A DNA stretch of 64,000 bases from Trichosphaerium sp. ATCC 40318. Taxonomy: Eukaryota > Protista > Tubulinea. Below are positions 26,178 to 36,642 of this stretch, piece after piece. The notes beneath the pieces are model-generated. The model was not told the DNA's origin. It did no database searches and worked only from the letters and a program-made list of their open reading frames with translations. Position 1 is the stretch's first letter; every line of letters starts with the position of its first letter. Where the stretch lies: contig JALMLS010000228.1 in assembly GCA_038496445.1 (NCBI GenBank), positions 1-64,000 of the forward strand. The letters are read 5' to 3'. A program made the translations under genes and the position numbers.

Positions 26178-28136
26178 ATGGATTTCTTAAACAATGTTGA
26201 CACTTGGCTCGGTCCGCCGAACATGTGCAAAGAAACGAAATATGCGCTAAGAATACTGTTGACGGAAAGTATTCCTTAGCCTTTTGATGTCGACTATAGA
26301 TCTAACCGTTAGTACGTATTTATTCATGTCCAGGATTGTCAGTTAAAGTACACCAAGGCGAGAAAAATATCTTTTCAGCTTTATTGGCCGTTTTAGGCGA
26401 TAGCGTTAATCCTGTAGTCGCTGGTGGATGGGTTAGAGATAAAGTAATCGCAATTGCCTCAACAGCGTCAAAATCGTTCTATCTAACGTCAACGTATAGA
26501 TACTAGGCCTAGAAAGCAAGGATATTGACATCGCATTCGAATCACCGCCAGTAAAAGAAATATACGATAAACTCAAACAAGGAGACTTCCCTACAATAGA
26601 ACAACTCAGTTTTAACCCAAGGAATGAAAAACAGCGTAAATGGATGTCAGTCTTGCATATTCAAATACAAGGGGAGAGCATTGAATGTTGCAACTTCAGG
26701 AGCAACGACTATAAAAGTTGTACCGTTGGCAGTGCAAAGGAGGATGCCCTCAATAGAGATCTTACTATTAATGCTCTCTTTTATGATATTAGAAATAACA
26801 CAGTGCTTGATTTGACAGAAAAAGCACGTGATAGTTTAGCGTTTTTCTTTCAAAAAAAACAGTACTTATCCATCACGTGACTGTACTAAATAATGTAGGG
26901 ATTACCTGATTTAAAATCTGGGTTATTACGGACACCGCTTGAAGACCCTACCGAAACGTTTGTACAAGACCCTTTAAGGTACCAAGCAACTTTTTTGTAC
27001 TTCAAAACATAGTCACTAAATACCTCAGGATATTCCGTGTCTTGAGGTTCCAAGCAAAGTTTCCTGAATTCACACTATCTAAGCAACTTGAACGCGGATT
27101 AGAAAAAGCCAATGACATATTGGTACAATAATTTATCGCAGACAAGTACTAACTTATAACTACCTAAACTAGCTCAAGCATAGAATATCAAGAGAACGAA
27201 TAATGATTGAATTTATCAAGACATTGTCATATCCAAAGTGCTCAAATTCAATTAAGAGCATGTTTACCTACAATCTGCAATCAACTGTGATGCCTCCAAT
27301 GAAAGGAAAAGAAGGTACACTCTCCTCCATTCCAACGCTAAACACGCTACTAGATTTCTGGACAACAGAGTTATCACGTGAATCTTTGAACTGTTTTGAA
27401 ATAAATGAAGAAGATCAACCAGATACATCATACGTACCACTACATACACAGAGATTATGTGCTTTATTATTACCCTTCACAGAGGCCCTCAAAACATCAA
27501 TGCCAATTACAAAAAAATTTGCAATAGCAAAGCAAGGGTGGCATGTACGTTTCTTTATTGTTGCTTTCCTTGCTTTCTCACTTGCATTTCCAGCTTACAA
27601 AGGTTGTGTCTGATAGTTTGGAACTATTATTATCAAGTTCCATGAAGTTTACAACTCTGATTAAAGAACATGCACAACGTCAAGATATTCCTTTGTCAGC
27701 ATCAGGTTCATAAAACTTTTGCAATAGTAGAAAATAACTCAACAATCTGTTTCCAGGTACTCTTTTGGTTGATGTTAAAGAAGGTTGGCAGTTTGCATTA
27801 CACTTATCTAAAGTATTACAAGTATCAAAAGATCCATCCCATAGGCACATTATACAAGAACAATGCGATAACTTAATTGCATACTTGAAAGAAAAAAACC
27901 AGATTGGTCAATCTCCTGTTTGGCAATTGAAACCCTTGATTATCTTCCCTGACGCCAAAAGAGCACTCACAGGTATATAACACTTTAATTTAATGCATCT
28001 AATGAATGATGCACTAGGACTTGCTAATAAAGAAATTGCAAGTGCAGTTAAAGAATCATTTGTTTGGCAACTAGATAACCCAAATTGTGATAAAGAGGAA
28101 TGCATCAAGTATATCAAGCAAAAGTACTTATCATGA
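26178..28136 (+). CDS. Class II tRNA nucleotidyltransferase (CCA-enzyme family), multi-intron; 5' end uncertain
   Basis: Motif A VAGGWVRDK|ILGLESKDIDI; motif B EDALNRDLTINALFY; DLTEK|GLPDL..G.LRTP; motif D FVQDPLR|IFRVLRF; motif E ISRERIMIEF. Confidence 0.88.
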
Positions 28137-28560
28137 CAACAATAAACGAAGCTCTTCTTATAATTTTAAGCAACGTTGACTTTGTTAAACTACAATAAAG
28201 ACATGGTACGTGATATTTTATGTAAACAACCTCTTGAGGTGATTTCTATACTCAACAACAAGGTTTGTAGCGCAGTTTGGAACAGGTTGTAACTCACCTT
28301 TAGAAGCGAATTTACACGTGCTCCAAAACCCGTTCTTGTACAAAGTCAACCTAGGTCACAACAAGTAATTAAAACACGTGGACACAACCCCGCTTTATAC
28401 TTGTTAATTACGCACCCACAACTATTTAGAGAGTGTTAGTACAAAAGGTATGTTTAATCGTCTTAAAACCTCTTGTAAAGCTCAGAGTGACAAAATGATG
28501 CGGAAGCAATAAGAAATACCTAATTTTTTAATCAACAAAACAAAATTTGGAACGCTCTTG

Positions 28561-28711
28561 ATTGTCCGTTTCAAGTTAGTCAACTAGTTATTTCGCCAGT
28601 TATTTTTCGCTCTGGAAGCACTTTATTTGTGTTATAGTATCCATTGGAGCACTTTCTACAAGAAAAATAACTGACGAAAACTAGTTGACTAACTTGACTG
28701 AAACGGACAAT
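28561..28711. mobile_element. ~150-bp foldback/MITE-like element with ~50-bp imperfect inverted repeats
   Basis: 28561-28608 ATTGTCCGTTTCAAGTTAGTCAACTAGTTATTTCGCCAGTTATTTTTC pairs with 28662-28711 (one 4-nt indel, few mismatches). Confidence 0.65.
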
Positions 28712-28918
28712 AAAAAAAGGTGGATAATTTACAAAGTAAATGTTAGTTTGCTCAGCCTGCCATCGTAGAAATTGACATTTTGTTGTTTTATTGTGTTTGT
28801 TAGTCGCATCTTAACACATGTTTCGTTAATGTTAATATGCTAGTCACCGCACCATGGTAATGACTTTCTTTAGGCTTTGTTAGTGTCATATCTCACAACT
28901 TTGCTGGATCTCCCATGT

Positions 28919-29986
28919 GAAACTACAAATACGATGTCTTCTTGTAAAAGAGCTGTGCAAGGTGTTCCTGGAGAAGTAATAACACTATCAACGGTCTACA
29001 ATGATGTATTTTTTGTTATAATCGATATACTCCTTTGTACGAACGTTTGGGGCCTTGTACAGCTTAAATCAACAAACAAGGATTTCAAACAGCGGATACA
29101 AGATTTTATTGGCGATAACAACAAGCTACTTCCAGCCCTTCATGACCTGTCTGTTTTATGCCCAAAACATATATTACAGGACTTACTACCAACCATTCGG
29201 AACAGAAAGTACACGTTTCTTGAAAAGTTTGACACTGACATAGAGATTGGTCAAGAGCTTACTCTAGAGGCTGCCGCAGAGACATATGGAGACGGAATGT
29301 GTGATTTTCATGAACTACCTGACCATATGTTATGTGACAATTGTGAAGATATGGCAACAACACAAGTTGATGAAGATAGATATTGTGAAGATTGTGTACA
29401 TTGTATACCTGATGACAGTGAAGAATATTCATCATCGTATCATCAAGAAGTTATCAAACTAATATGTACAGATTGTGGTGCTGGGGAAGCAAGTTGTATA
29501 TGGAAAGAAAAGAATTACTGTCCAAAATGTTTATTCAACAACCAAAACAGAGCACTCTGCTATGGACATGAGTATGGTTTATTCAGTTTTAAAGAGTACA
29601 ATAAAAAAGAGGATTACAACGAGTTAATCCCGTATTTGAATAAAAACTGGGAAATATGGGATAACAACTGTAAGATCTATACGATATGGGATATAACTAC
29701 ACTTGGCGGAAACTTTGGTACCTATTTTTGTTGTAAAGGCAAGCATATTTGACATTGGTGTTCTGTCTTATCCAAATAATAAAACTGTACTTTCACTGAA
29801 GGTTGATTTTATTACTTATCAAATGTATTCAGTGCTTGTTTAGTAAGAGCTGGGTGGACTGGTTCCTGTACTTGTTGCGGTGCAGCATCATACTAATAGC
29901 CTTGCTTTGTGTCATCACATTGGCACCCACTAAACTACCACTCCAAGTAGCATCATCGTAGTAATGTTCTGGCTGGTTCAAATTAT
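28919..29986. repeat. Left arm of ~1.07-kb inverted segmental duplication
   Basis: Highly similar to the reverse complement of 31156-32231 throughout. Confidence 0.95.
28934..29752 (+). CDS. Intronless protein with F-box-like N-terminus and CxxC zinc-finger-like repeats (copy 1)
   Basis: LSTVYNDVFFVIIDIL..GLVQLKSTNKDF; CDNC..YCEDC; CTDC..YCPKC. ATG chosen by comparison with copy 2. Confidence 0.75.
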   Translation: MSSCKRAVQGVPGEVITLSTVYNDVFFVIIDILLCTNVWGLVQLKSTNKDFKQRIQDFIGDNNKLLPALHDLSVLCPKHILQDLLPTIRNRKYTFLEKFDTDIEIGQELTLEAAAETYGDGMCDFHELPDHMLCDNCEDMATTQVDEDRYCEDCVHCIPDDSEEYSSSYHQEVIKLICTDCGAGEASCIWKEKNYCPKCLFNNQNRALCYGHEYGLFSFKEYNKKEDYNELIPYLNKNWEIWDNNCKIYTIWDITTLGGNFGTYFCCKGKHI

Positions 29987-30692
29987 TCAAGCATAGGCCA
30001 TACTGAAGATCTACATATCCTTGGTTTTGAAGAAATAGATAGAGAATGCCAAAACAAGCCAGTTTTTCTTCAGTATTATAAAAGATTGTATGACGTTCAA
30101 GCCAACCACCTTGTCCGCACGCAGTACAATCTACAGTTGAAAAAACGGTTGCATTGTATCTAATATTATCATAAACAATGAATCCGACACCCTCCTTTAT
30201 CAGTAGACTTGGAGAGTCTATTTTAATTCCAAAAGAGTGATGTGATGGTGAGGGTAATGATAGAATAGCAGGAAAGTCAACTTTGATATCCACAGGTGAG
30301 TTATTATCGAAGCTACAGATTCCTGAAGCCGATTCGTCTGTCATTTCATGTTTGTAGCTTTCACTGTATACAGTATTTACTGTTTTGTTCAGGCAGTAGA
30401 CGTAAATGACGGCGATCTCTTCTCCCGTGCTTGAAACGGCAAAAATGTTCATTAGGTCAAAGCCTACCCAATGTTGATGCTCGTAAACAAATCCAGAGAA
30501 CGTGGAACCTTCCATCGAAAAGGTACCACTATTAGCCGAGAATTTAATGTTTGATACAATCTGCTTGCCAGTGCCAGCGAAACTAGCATCATATCCTTCT
30601 TTTACGAAACCAGATGTTGGTGGTGCTATCACTGAGCACATTGCAACACTTGTAGCTAGCATAATACAAACGAAGGCGAGTATTGATCCCAT
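29829..30692 (-). CDS. Intronless secreted uncharacterised protein, 287 aa
   Basis: Signal peptide MGSILAFVCIMLATSVAMC; long open frame; DCTACGQGGWLERH motif. Confidence 0.75.
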   Translation of the reverse strand: MGSILAFVCIMLATSVAMCSVIAPPTSGFVKEGYDASFAGTGKQIVSNIKFSANSGTFSMEGSTFSGFVYEHQHWVGFDLMNIFAVSSTGEEIAVIYVYCLNKTVNTVYSESYKHEMTDESASGICSFDNNSPVDIKVDFPAILSLPSPSHHSFGIKIDSPSLLIKEGVGFIVYDNIRYNATVFSTVDCTACGQGGWLERHTIFYNTEEKLACFGILYLFLQNQGYVDLQYGLCLNNLNQPEHYYDDATWSGSLVGANVMTQSKAISMMLHRNKYRNQSTQLLLNKH

Positions 30693-31155
30693 TGTTCGCG
30701 TTTGTTTGGTTAAAACTTGGATTGACCAAAATTATGGTAACAGATTACAGATTTTGTTGCTGGGTTTCTTAGCCGTCGATTAACCGACTACAGATTTTTG
30801 TAGCAGGCTTAGCCGAGACCGCACCACGACCGACTCTATTTATATGTATGAAAATCAATCTTAGTCCCAAAGAATCCATTCCGAACTGTTCAGCAGGCGA
30901 AGTTCAATGTCACATTGTACATTCCTGCTTTTACAGTCTTTCTTTATTGTTTTTTAGCCGGCTGCCGTTAACTGCCCACAAATTACAAGGTTGATGGATA
31001 TAGTATATAGTGTTTAACTAACCACTCTATATTCGTCCTTTGTAGTATGTTGCACTTCATGGAAATTACTTACGTCTACGCCCTTCCGTTATGAATGAAT
31101 AATTTGAATATTCAAATACAGCCTATATTCACAAATATTCATTACTAAAAAATTC

Positions 31156-31310
31156 ATAATTTGAACCATCCAGAACAGTACTACGATGCTACTTGGAGTG
31201 GTAGTTTAGTGGGTGCCAATGTGATGACGCAAACCAAGGCTATTAGTATGATGATGCACCGCAACAAGTACAAGAACCAGTCCACCTAGCTCTTACTAAA
31301 CGAGCACTGA
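31156..31310 (+). pseudogene. Duplicated 3' fragment of the 29829-30692 gene
   Basis: Encodes DATWSGSLVGANVMTQ..; CAG>TAG stop at 31287-31289; no 5' part. Confidence 0.85.
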
Positions 31311-31403
31311 ATACATTTGATAAGTAATAAAATTTTAATAAAATAAATCAACCTTCAGTGAAAGTACAGTTTTATTATTTGGATAAGACAGGATACACCA
31401 AAG

Positions 31404-32216
31404 TCAAATATGCTTGCCTTTACAACAAAAATAGGTACCAAAGTTTCCGCCAAGTGTAGTTATATCCCATATCGTATAGATCTTACAGTTGTTATCCCAT
31501 ATTTCCCAGTTTTTATTCAAATACGGGATTAACTCGTTGTAATCCTCTTTTTTATTGTACTCTTCAAAACTGAATAAACCATACTCATGTCCATAGCAGA
31601 GTGCTCTGTTTTGGTTGTTGAATAAACATTTTGGACAGTAATTCTTTTCTTTCCATATACAACTTGCTTCCCCAGCACCACAATCTGTACATATTAGTTT
31701 GATAACTTCTTGATGATATGATGATGAATATTCTTCACTGTCACTGTCATCAGGTATACAACATTCACAATATCTAACTTCATCAACCTGTGTTGTTACT
31801 ATACCTCTACAATTGTCACATAACATATGTTTAGGTAGCTCACAAAAATCATACATTCCTTCTCCATATGTCTCTGTGGCAGCCTCTAGAGTAAGCTCTT
31901 GAACAATCTCTATGTCAGTGTCATACTTTTCAAGAAACGTGTACTTTCTGTTCCGAATGGTTGGTAGTAAGTCCTGTAATATATGTTTTGGGCATAAAAC
32001 AGACAGGTCATGAAGGGCTGGAAGTAGCTTGTTGTTATCGCCAATAAAATCTTGTATCCGCTGTTTGAAATCCTTGTTTGTTGATTTAAGCTGTACAAGG
32101 CCCCAAACGTTCGTATAAAGGAGTATATCGATTATATCAAAAAATACATCATTGTAGACTGTTGATAGCGTTATTACTTCTCCAGGAACACTTACAGCTT
32201 TTTTATAAGAAGACAT
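31404..32216 (-). CDS. Intronless F-box-like/CxxC protein (copy 2)
   Basis: Near-identical paralog of 28934-29752; intact ORF. Confidence 0.75.
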   Translation of the reverse strand: MSSYKKAVSVPGEVITLSTVYNDVFFDIIDILLYTNVWGLVQLKSTNKDFKQRIQDFIGDNNKLLPALHDLSVLCPKHILQDLLPTIRNRKYTFLEKYDTDIEIVQELTLEAATETYGEGMYDFCELPKHMLCDNCRGIVTTQVDEVRYCECCIPDDSDSEEYSSSYHQEVIKLICTDCGAGEASCIWKEKNYCPKCLFNNQNRALCYGHEYGLFSFEEYNKKEDYNELIPYLNKNWEIWDNNCKIYTIWDITTLGGNFGTYFCCKGKHI

Positions 32217-32578
32217 CGTATTTGTAGTTTCCCTCAGCGATATGTGTATAGCTTAGCCTCCCACAAAGGGAGCTCTATTGTTCACTGTTAACAAGTGTTG
32301 AATACTCAAGTGAGGACCTTGACCGATTGAATTTGTACTTTTGTGCACATATTTTTGGCTCGTTTAAATTTTGTAACGTTGGAAAGGATACTTGGTGTAA
32401 TTAATGGCAACACATGAGAATGTAACCTATACTTTTGGTTGTTTTTATATTTAGAGGTGGTCGCTATAGCCGGTTAGGCGTTTAAGTTGTTGGGACTGGC
32501 ATGACCGGCTAATAAAATAAGAGAAACTCAACCATTTTTTTGCATTTTTTTGCGATACTATGTACCAAAACAGCTAAG

Positions 32579-33376
32579 ATGTCTTTATTGATTGATAATT
32601 TTGAACATAATGGTACATTTTATACATATGATGAATATGGATACCTCACAATGATACAAACGTATAAGAACGGGAAGAAAGATGGAAGTCATAAGCTCTT
32701 TGAGGGCGATGAGTTTCTCATTTGTGAACAAGAGTTTAAAGAAGATACTTTGGTTCTAAAGAAAGTCTACGAGTTGGACGAATTCTTTCAATCCGTACCT
32801 GTAAGTGTGAATAGGCAGAAAGATGGAAAACTTAATGGGAAACAAGAATTTTTTAAGAATGGGCTATTGGCAAAGGAGTGGTATTGTAAGGATGGCGTAG
32901 CAGAAGGTTCATGCAAGATGTATATCAAAGGCGAGCTATGTGAGGAAATGACTTATAGAAAGGGCAAGAAACATGGTAGGCTTATCAAGCGTTCAACAAA
33001 CAGGTATAAGGTGAGAAATTGTAAAAGTTGGATTACTTTTCATGGTTACTACGAACATGACAAGATGGTTGGCTTACAACAATGGCGTCGACAAGACGGA
33101 CAAATTAAAAAACAAGAAAATCACATAGTGATTAATGGTGATGAAATAGTAGAATTCAAAGAGTTCAATCACTACGGTGAAACCACAATTGAATGTACTT
33201 ATATAAATGGTAAAATCAATGGAGAGTTTAAATCGTTTGATCAATGGCTCAGACCTCTTGAGTATATAAACTATAAAGACGGAGTAAAGCATGGTGAATA
33301 TAAAAAGTGGAAAGAAGGCCAACTTGTAGAAGTCGCACAGTACATGTACGGAGAGAAGGTTATCAACAAAAAATAG
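32579..33376 (+). CDS. Intronless MORN-variant (YwqK-type) repeat protein
   Basis: Repeats YKNGKKDG, KDGKLNGKQEFFKNG, YRKGKKHG, YINGKINGEFKSF, YKDGVKHGEYKKWKEGQL. Confidence 0.85.
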   Translation: MSLLIDNFEHNGTFYTYDEYGYLTMIQTYKNGKKDGSHKLFEGDEFLICEQEFKEDTLVLKKVYELDEFFQSVPVSVNRQKDGKLNGKQEFFKNGLLAKEWYCKDGVAEGSCKMYIKGELCEEMTYRKGKKHGRLIKRSTNRYKVRNCKSWITFHGYYEHDKMVGLQQWRRQDGQIKKQENHIVINGDEIVEFKEFNHYGETTIECTYINGKINGEFKSFDQWLRPLEYINYKDGVKHGEYKKWKEGQLVEVAQYMYGEKVINKK

Positions 33377-33735
33377 TAAGAACAAAAACTATTAATTAAT
33401 AAAACACATGTGATCCGACACATGCTCTAATATAATAATAAGTCACGTGCCAATACAAGAACAGAATTCAAAAAGATATCTATTTAAGGGTAAAAGTGTA
33501 CAAGGTGACCCACAATAAAACATATAAATCTTGTTAATTCCTGCTCACATTTTTAGTCAAGGTAATTATCGGGTCTTTTTTTCTTTTGTATCTTAACACT
33601 CGAAGCTCTATTACATTTAAAAGTAACGTATACATATGCTCATAACAAGAGGTACAAATAATATCTTCCAATACGATCTCCTAAATAAAAAAAACGGCGT
33701 TTTGTTTTAATTTGGTTTAATCGTACTTCTGACGC

Positions 33736-35351
33736 ATGTATATACGCTTTAGCGTATTTTCGTAACCTCTTAAACCCAGTTCGCCTTTTTTGTTCTTGGA
33801 TTTGTTTTAATTGCTTTTCTAGCGCTCGTTACAGCTTTAATCTTAGCTGTAGCTGTTGCTGATATATCACCAGAGGAAGCAACAACCTTATTGAACCTAC
33901 ACAATGCAAAGAGGTACACAATCTCCTAATTGCATTACGCTAGTAACAAAATAGCTCCAAAAACGTCACGAGATCTCGTTTTCTTTTTGACGAAATTCGT
34001 CATTTGATTTTGTTCACATGAACATAATAACGCCAGTACACACTCTTAAATGAATTGGTAGTATGTACATATGAAAGAAAAGCAATAGCTATTGTTATAC
34101 TCACCAAGTATCAAAAACCTGCGCAGTTTTGTTGCTTTGGTTCACAATTCTTTTTTTTTTTTGTGGATATCTTTATTTGAATGTTTGCTTGCTTACAAAC
34201 ACTTTTTCAATCATTGCGCTCTTCATTGAGTCATTTTGAATGTCTCTTAGTTCATTGCATTGTCTCCCTAATCTCTCTTAAACACAGAGCCCAATATTGT
34301 CTTCCTCCACTTTCATGGGATCCTATTCTACAACGTGTTGCTCAACTATACTTGAACCAAAATCCAGTATTTGCTCATAATGAGAATCGGCACAAGGATT
34401 ACAAATTCTTTGGTGGAGAAATAGAATTTGTAGGAGAGAACCTTGCTATTGGTGCTTCAGGTACCCTAATTAATTAACCACATTCAGCATTACAATCTAA
34501 TAAAACAAACTAGACCTCGACTCAAACACTGATTACTTCAATGGTTGGCTCTCAGAAGAAGGAACGCCATGCAACACAGGTGGTCCACATTATAGGCAAG
34601 TAGTGTGGAGATCAACTACATTATTGGGTTGTGGTTCAGTAGTAAGAGAGACTGATGGTGCTTCGATTTTACTCTGTAATTATGCAACTGCTGCGTACGT
34701 CAAAATACACAAATCACGTGACTTCTCAAACTGCAATAATACAATTCTGACTTTTCCAAATTTAGCGTTATTGGTGTAATTAACTATTCACCTTTCCCGC
34801 TTGCCGGATGCTCTTGCGTATCTGCACCAATACCTCCAACACAATCACCTACTGCTCCACCTCCAGTACCTCCCACAACTTCTGCACCAACGGCGTCTCC
34901 AACTGTCCCACCTCCAACAAGGACTCCAGTTACTGCACCTGTGGCGCCATCTATTCAAATAAACGCTGGTTTGAATCAAGGCGATGGTAAGCAACAAACT
35001 ATCTATTTTTTACAATGACCGGTTCTTGTATTTTTTAACCCCGTTGTAGAATCTTCAAAGAATGGTAGTGGTGGCATCATTGCTGGCGTTGTCGTCGTTA
35101 TATTGATTATCATAATTGTTAGTGGTCTTGTTGCAATTGGTATATGGCGTTGGAAGAGCGATGCTTGGCCTCTTGAATCAGATGGTGCAGTACGTTCATT
35201 GCTCCAACCTAGTGGACCTCAGACGGGTACAATATCCAATGCGCCTCCTCCAACTTCATCTTCTGCTCCACCTCCTGCCGCACGAAGACCTCCTCCTACA
35301 CCTCCACCAAAGGTTGCTAAACCTCTTCCTGTACCACCTCAAAGAAACTAA
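33736..35351 (+). CDS. Type I membrane CAP (SCP/PR-1) domain protein with Pro/Thr stalk and Pro-rich cytoplasmic tail
   Basis: LLNLHNAKR|AQYCLPPLSWD, GENLA, HYRQVVWRSTTLLGCG, LCNY; TM GIIAGVVVVILIIIIVSGLVAIGIW; tail PPPTPPPK. Start codon tentative. Confidence 0.85.
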
Positions 35352-35527
35352 AAATAAATACAGAATAAACTGAACTTGCATGTTAAAATCACTAGCACAA
35401 AATCACAGTAGCAAGCAAAAGTAAGTTTAAACGTGTTTGTTGTTCATCCATTAAGTCATAGCCACAATTTTATACGCACAAAACTTAATTGTTTGTTAAC
35501 TTAAAGCAACAATAGAACTCATCAACA

Positions 35528-36557
35528 ATGTCCGAACAGCCACAAAGGAAAGAGACCAGAGCTGAGGCTTGTATAACACATGTTGAAGCAGAGAAAGAAA
35601 AACACAAGCGCGTAAAACTTGAACCTAAAACTGTTGTTACTATGTGTAAGAGCTCATCATAGCGTTTTTAACCCTTTGTCGCTAACACGTGCCAAAATAG
35701 CACCTATGGAACCAATCGACGATAAATATGGAACCCTACAGTGGCAGTTGGTTAGCTTGTTCAAAAAAGCCATTGAAACCATACAGCCATCAGTGGTATG
35801 CAAAAAAAAACGACTTCACTTTCCTCTTTCTCCCTCTAACTTCTTTAGATGCTTCATGGAGATATTAGATTGCGTTTTCAGCCCATTCTAGAAGTGACAG
35901 TAACGAATGAGAATAAGGACGCCCAACAGAGGTTTTTTTTTTATGATAGGTGACAGTTTATTTTGTTTATGATTGCGATAGGTACTACAATGAACTGTTT
36001 AGGCTCGAGCGGATACGCTCCCAATATATACAGAGGCTAATGAGTATTCAAAACGAACAGGTTCGGTTCCCTGCTCAATATTTCTTTAAGAACGTCTGAC
36101 TTGCGTCTAGAGCGTTTTTCAACATGTCACGGAAGAGACGAAAGAAAAACTGATTATCTATGTTAACAATCATTTTGTTGAAGCTAAACAAACCTTAAAA
36201 GACTATATTACGTCTGCACTAGTATGTTTTATTGTCATTATGTCTACTTGGCTTCTCTTACACTGTTTAGATAGCCCATAGCAAAAAAAACAAAAGGTTT
36301 TCATTGACTGCAACAAATACTCTTGAGGCTTGGTTCACTGCCCACATGGCGAACCCATATCCATCAATGGAAGAGAAAACAGACCTAGCAAAAAAGTGTA
36401 GCCTCACTCTCAAGCAAGTAAACGTACGAAGATCTGCTTTTGTATTGTTTTTCGCAAGACACGTGATTGTTTTCTAAAACTGTTCTCCAAGAATTGGTTC
36501 GGAAACAAGAGAATTAGATACAAAAGCAAAGTACTGCACGAAAAAAAATCGGAATGA
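35528..36557 (+). CDS. PBX-class TALE homeodomain protein with PBC-B-like domain
   Basis: Homeodomain WFTAHMANPYPSMEEKTDLAKKCSLTLKQVN|NWFGNKRIRYK (PYP TALE loop, PBX-type WFGN). Upstream YYNEL..E..MSIQNEQS..F..LK resembles PBC-B. Confidence 0.9.
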
Positions 36558-36642
36558 GATTAACGATTCCTCACGTGCACTCTCGAGTTTAACTTATATA
36601 ATAGTAATAAAATCACAAAGACCAAGGCAGTTTAGAGCCAAT

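Larger units (their letters stand above)
31156..32231. repeat. Right arm of inverted segmental duplication
   Basis: Reverse complement of 28919-29986. Confidence 0.95.

Noticed and set aside
14948-33376. Integrated giant virus or bacterial toxin-antitoxin (YwqJK) locus
   Set aside because: No capsid, polymerase, packaging ATPase or toxin partner is present, and intron-rich host genes intervene.
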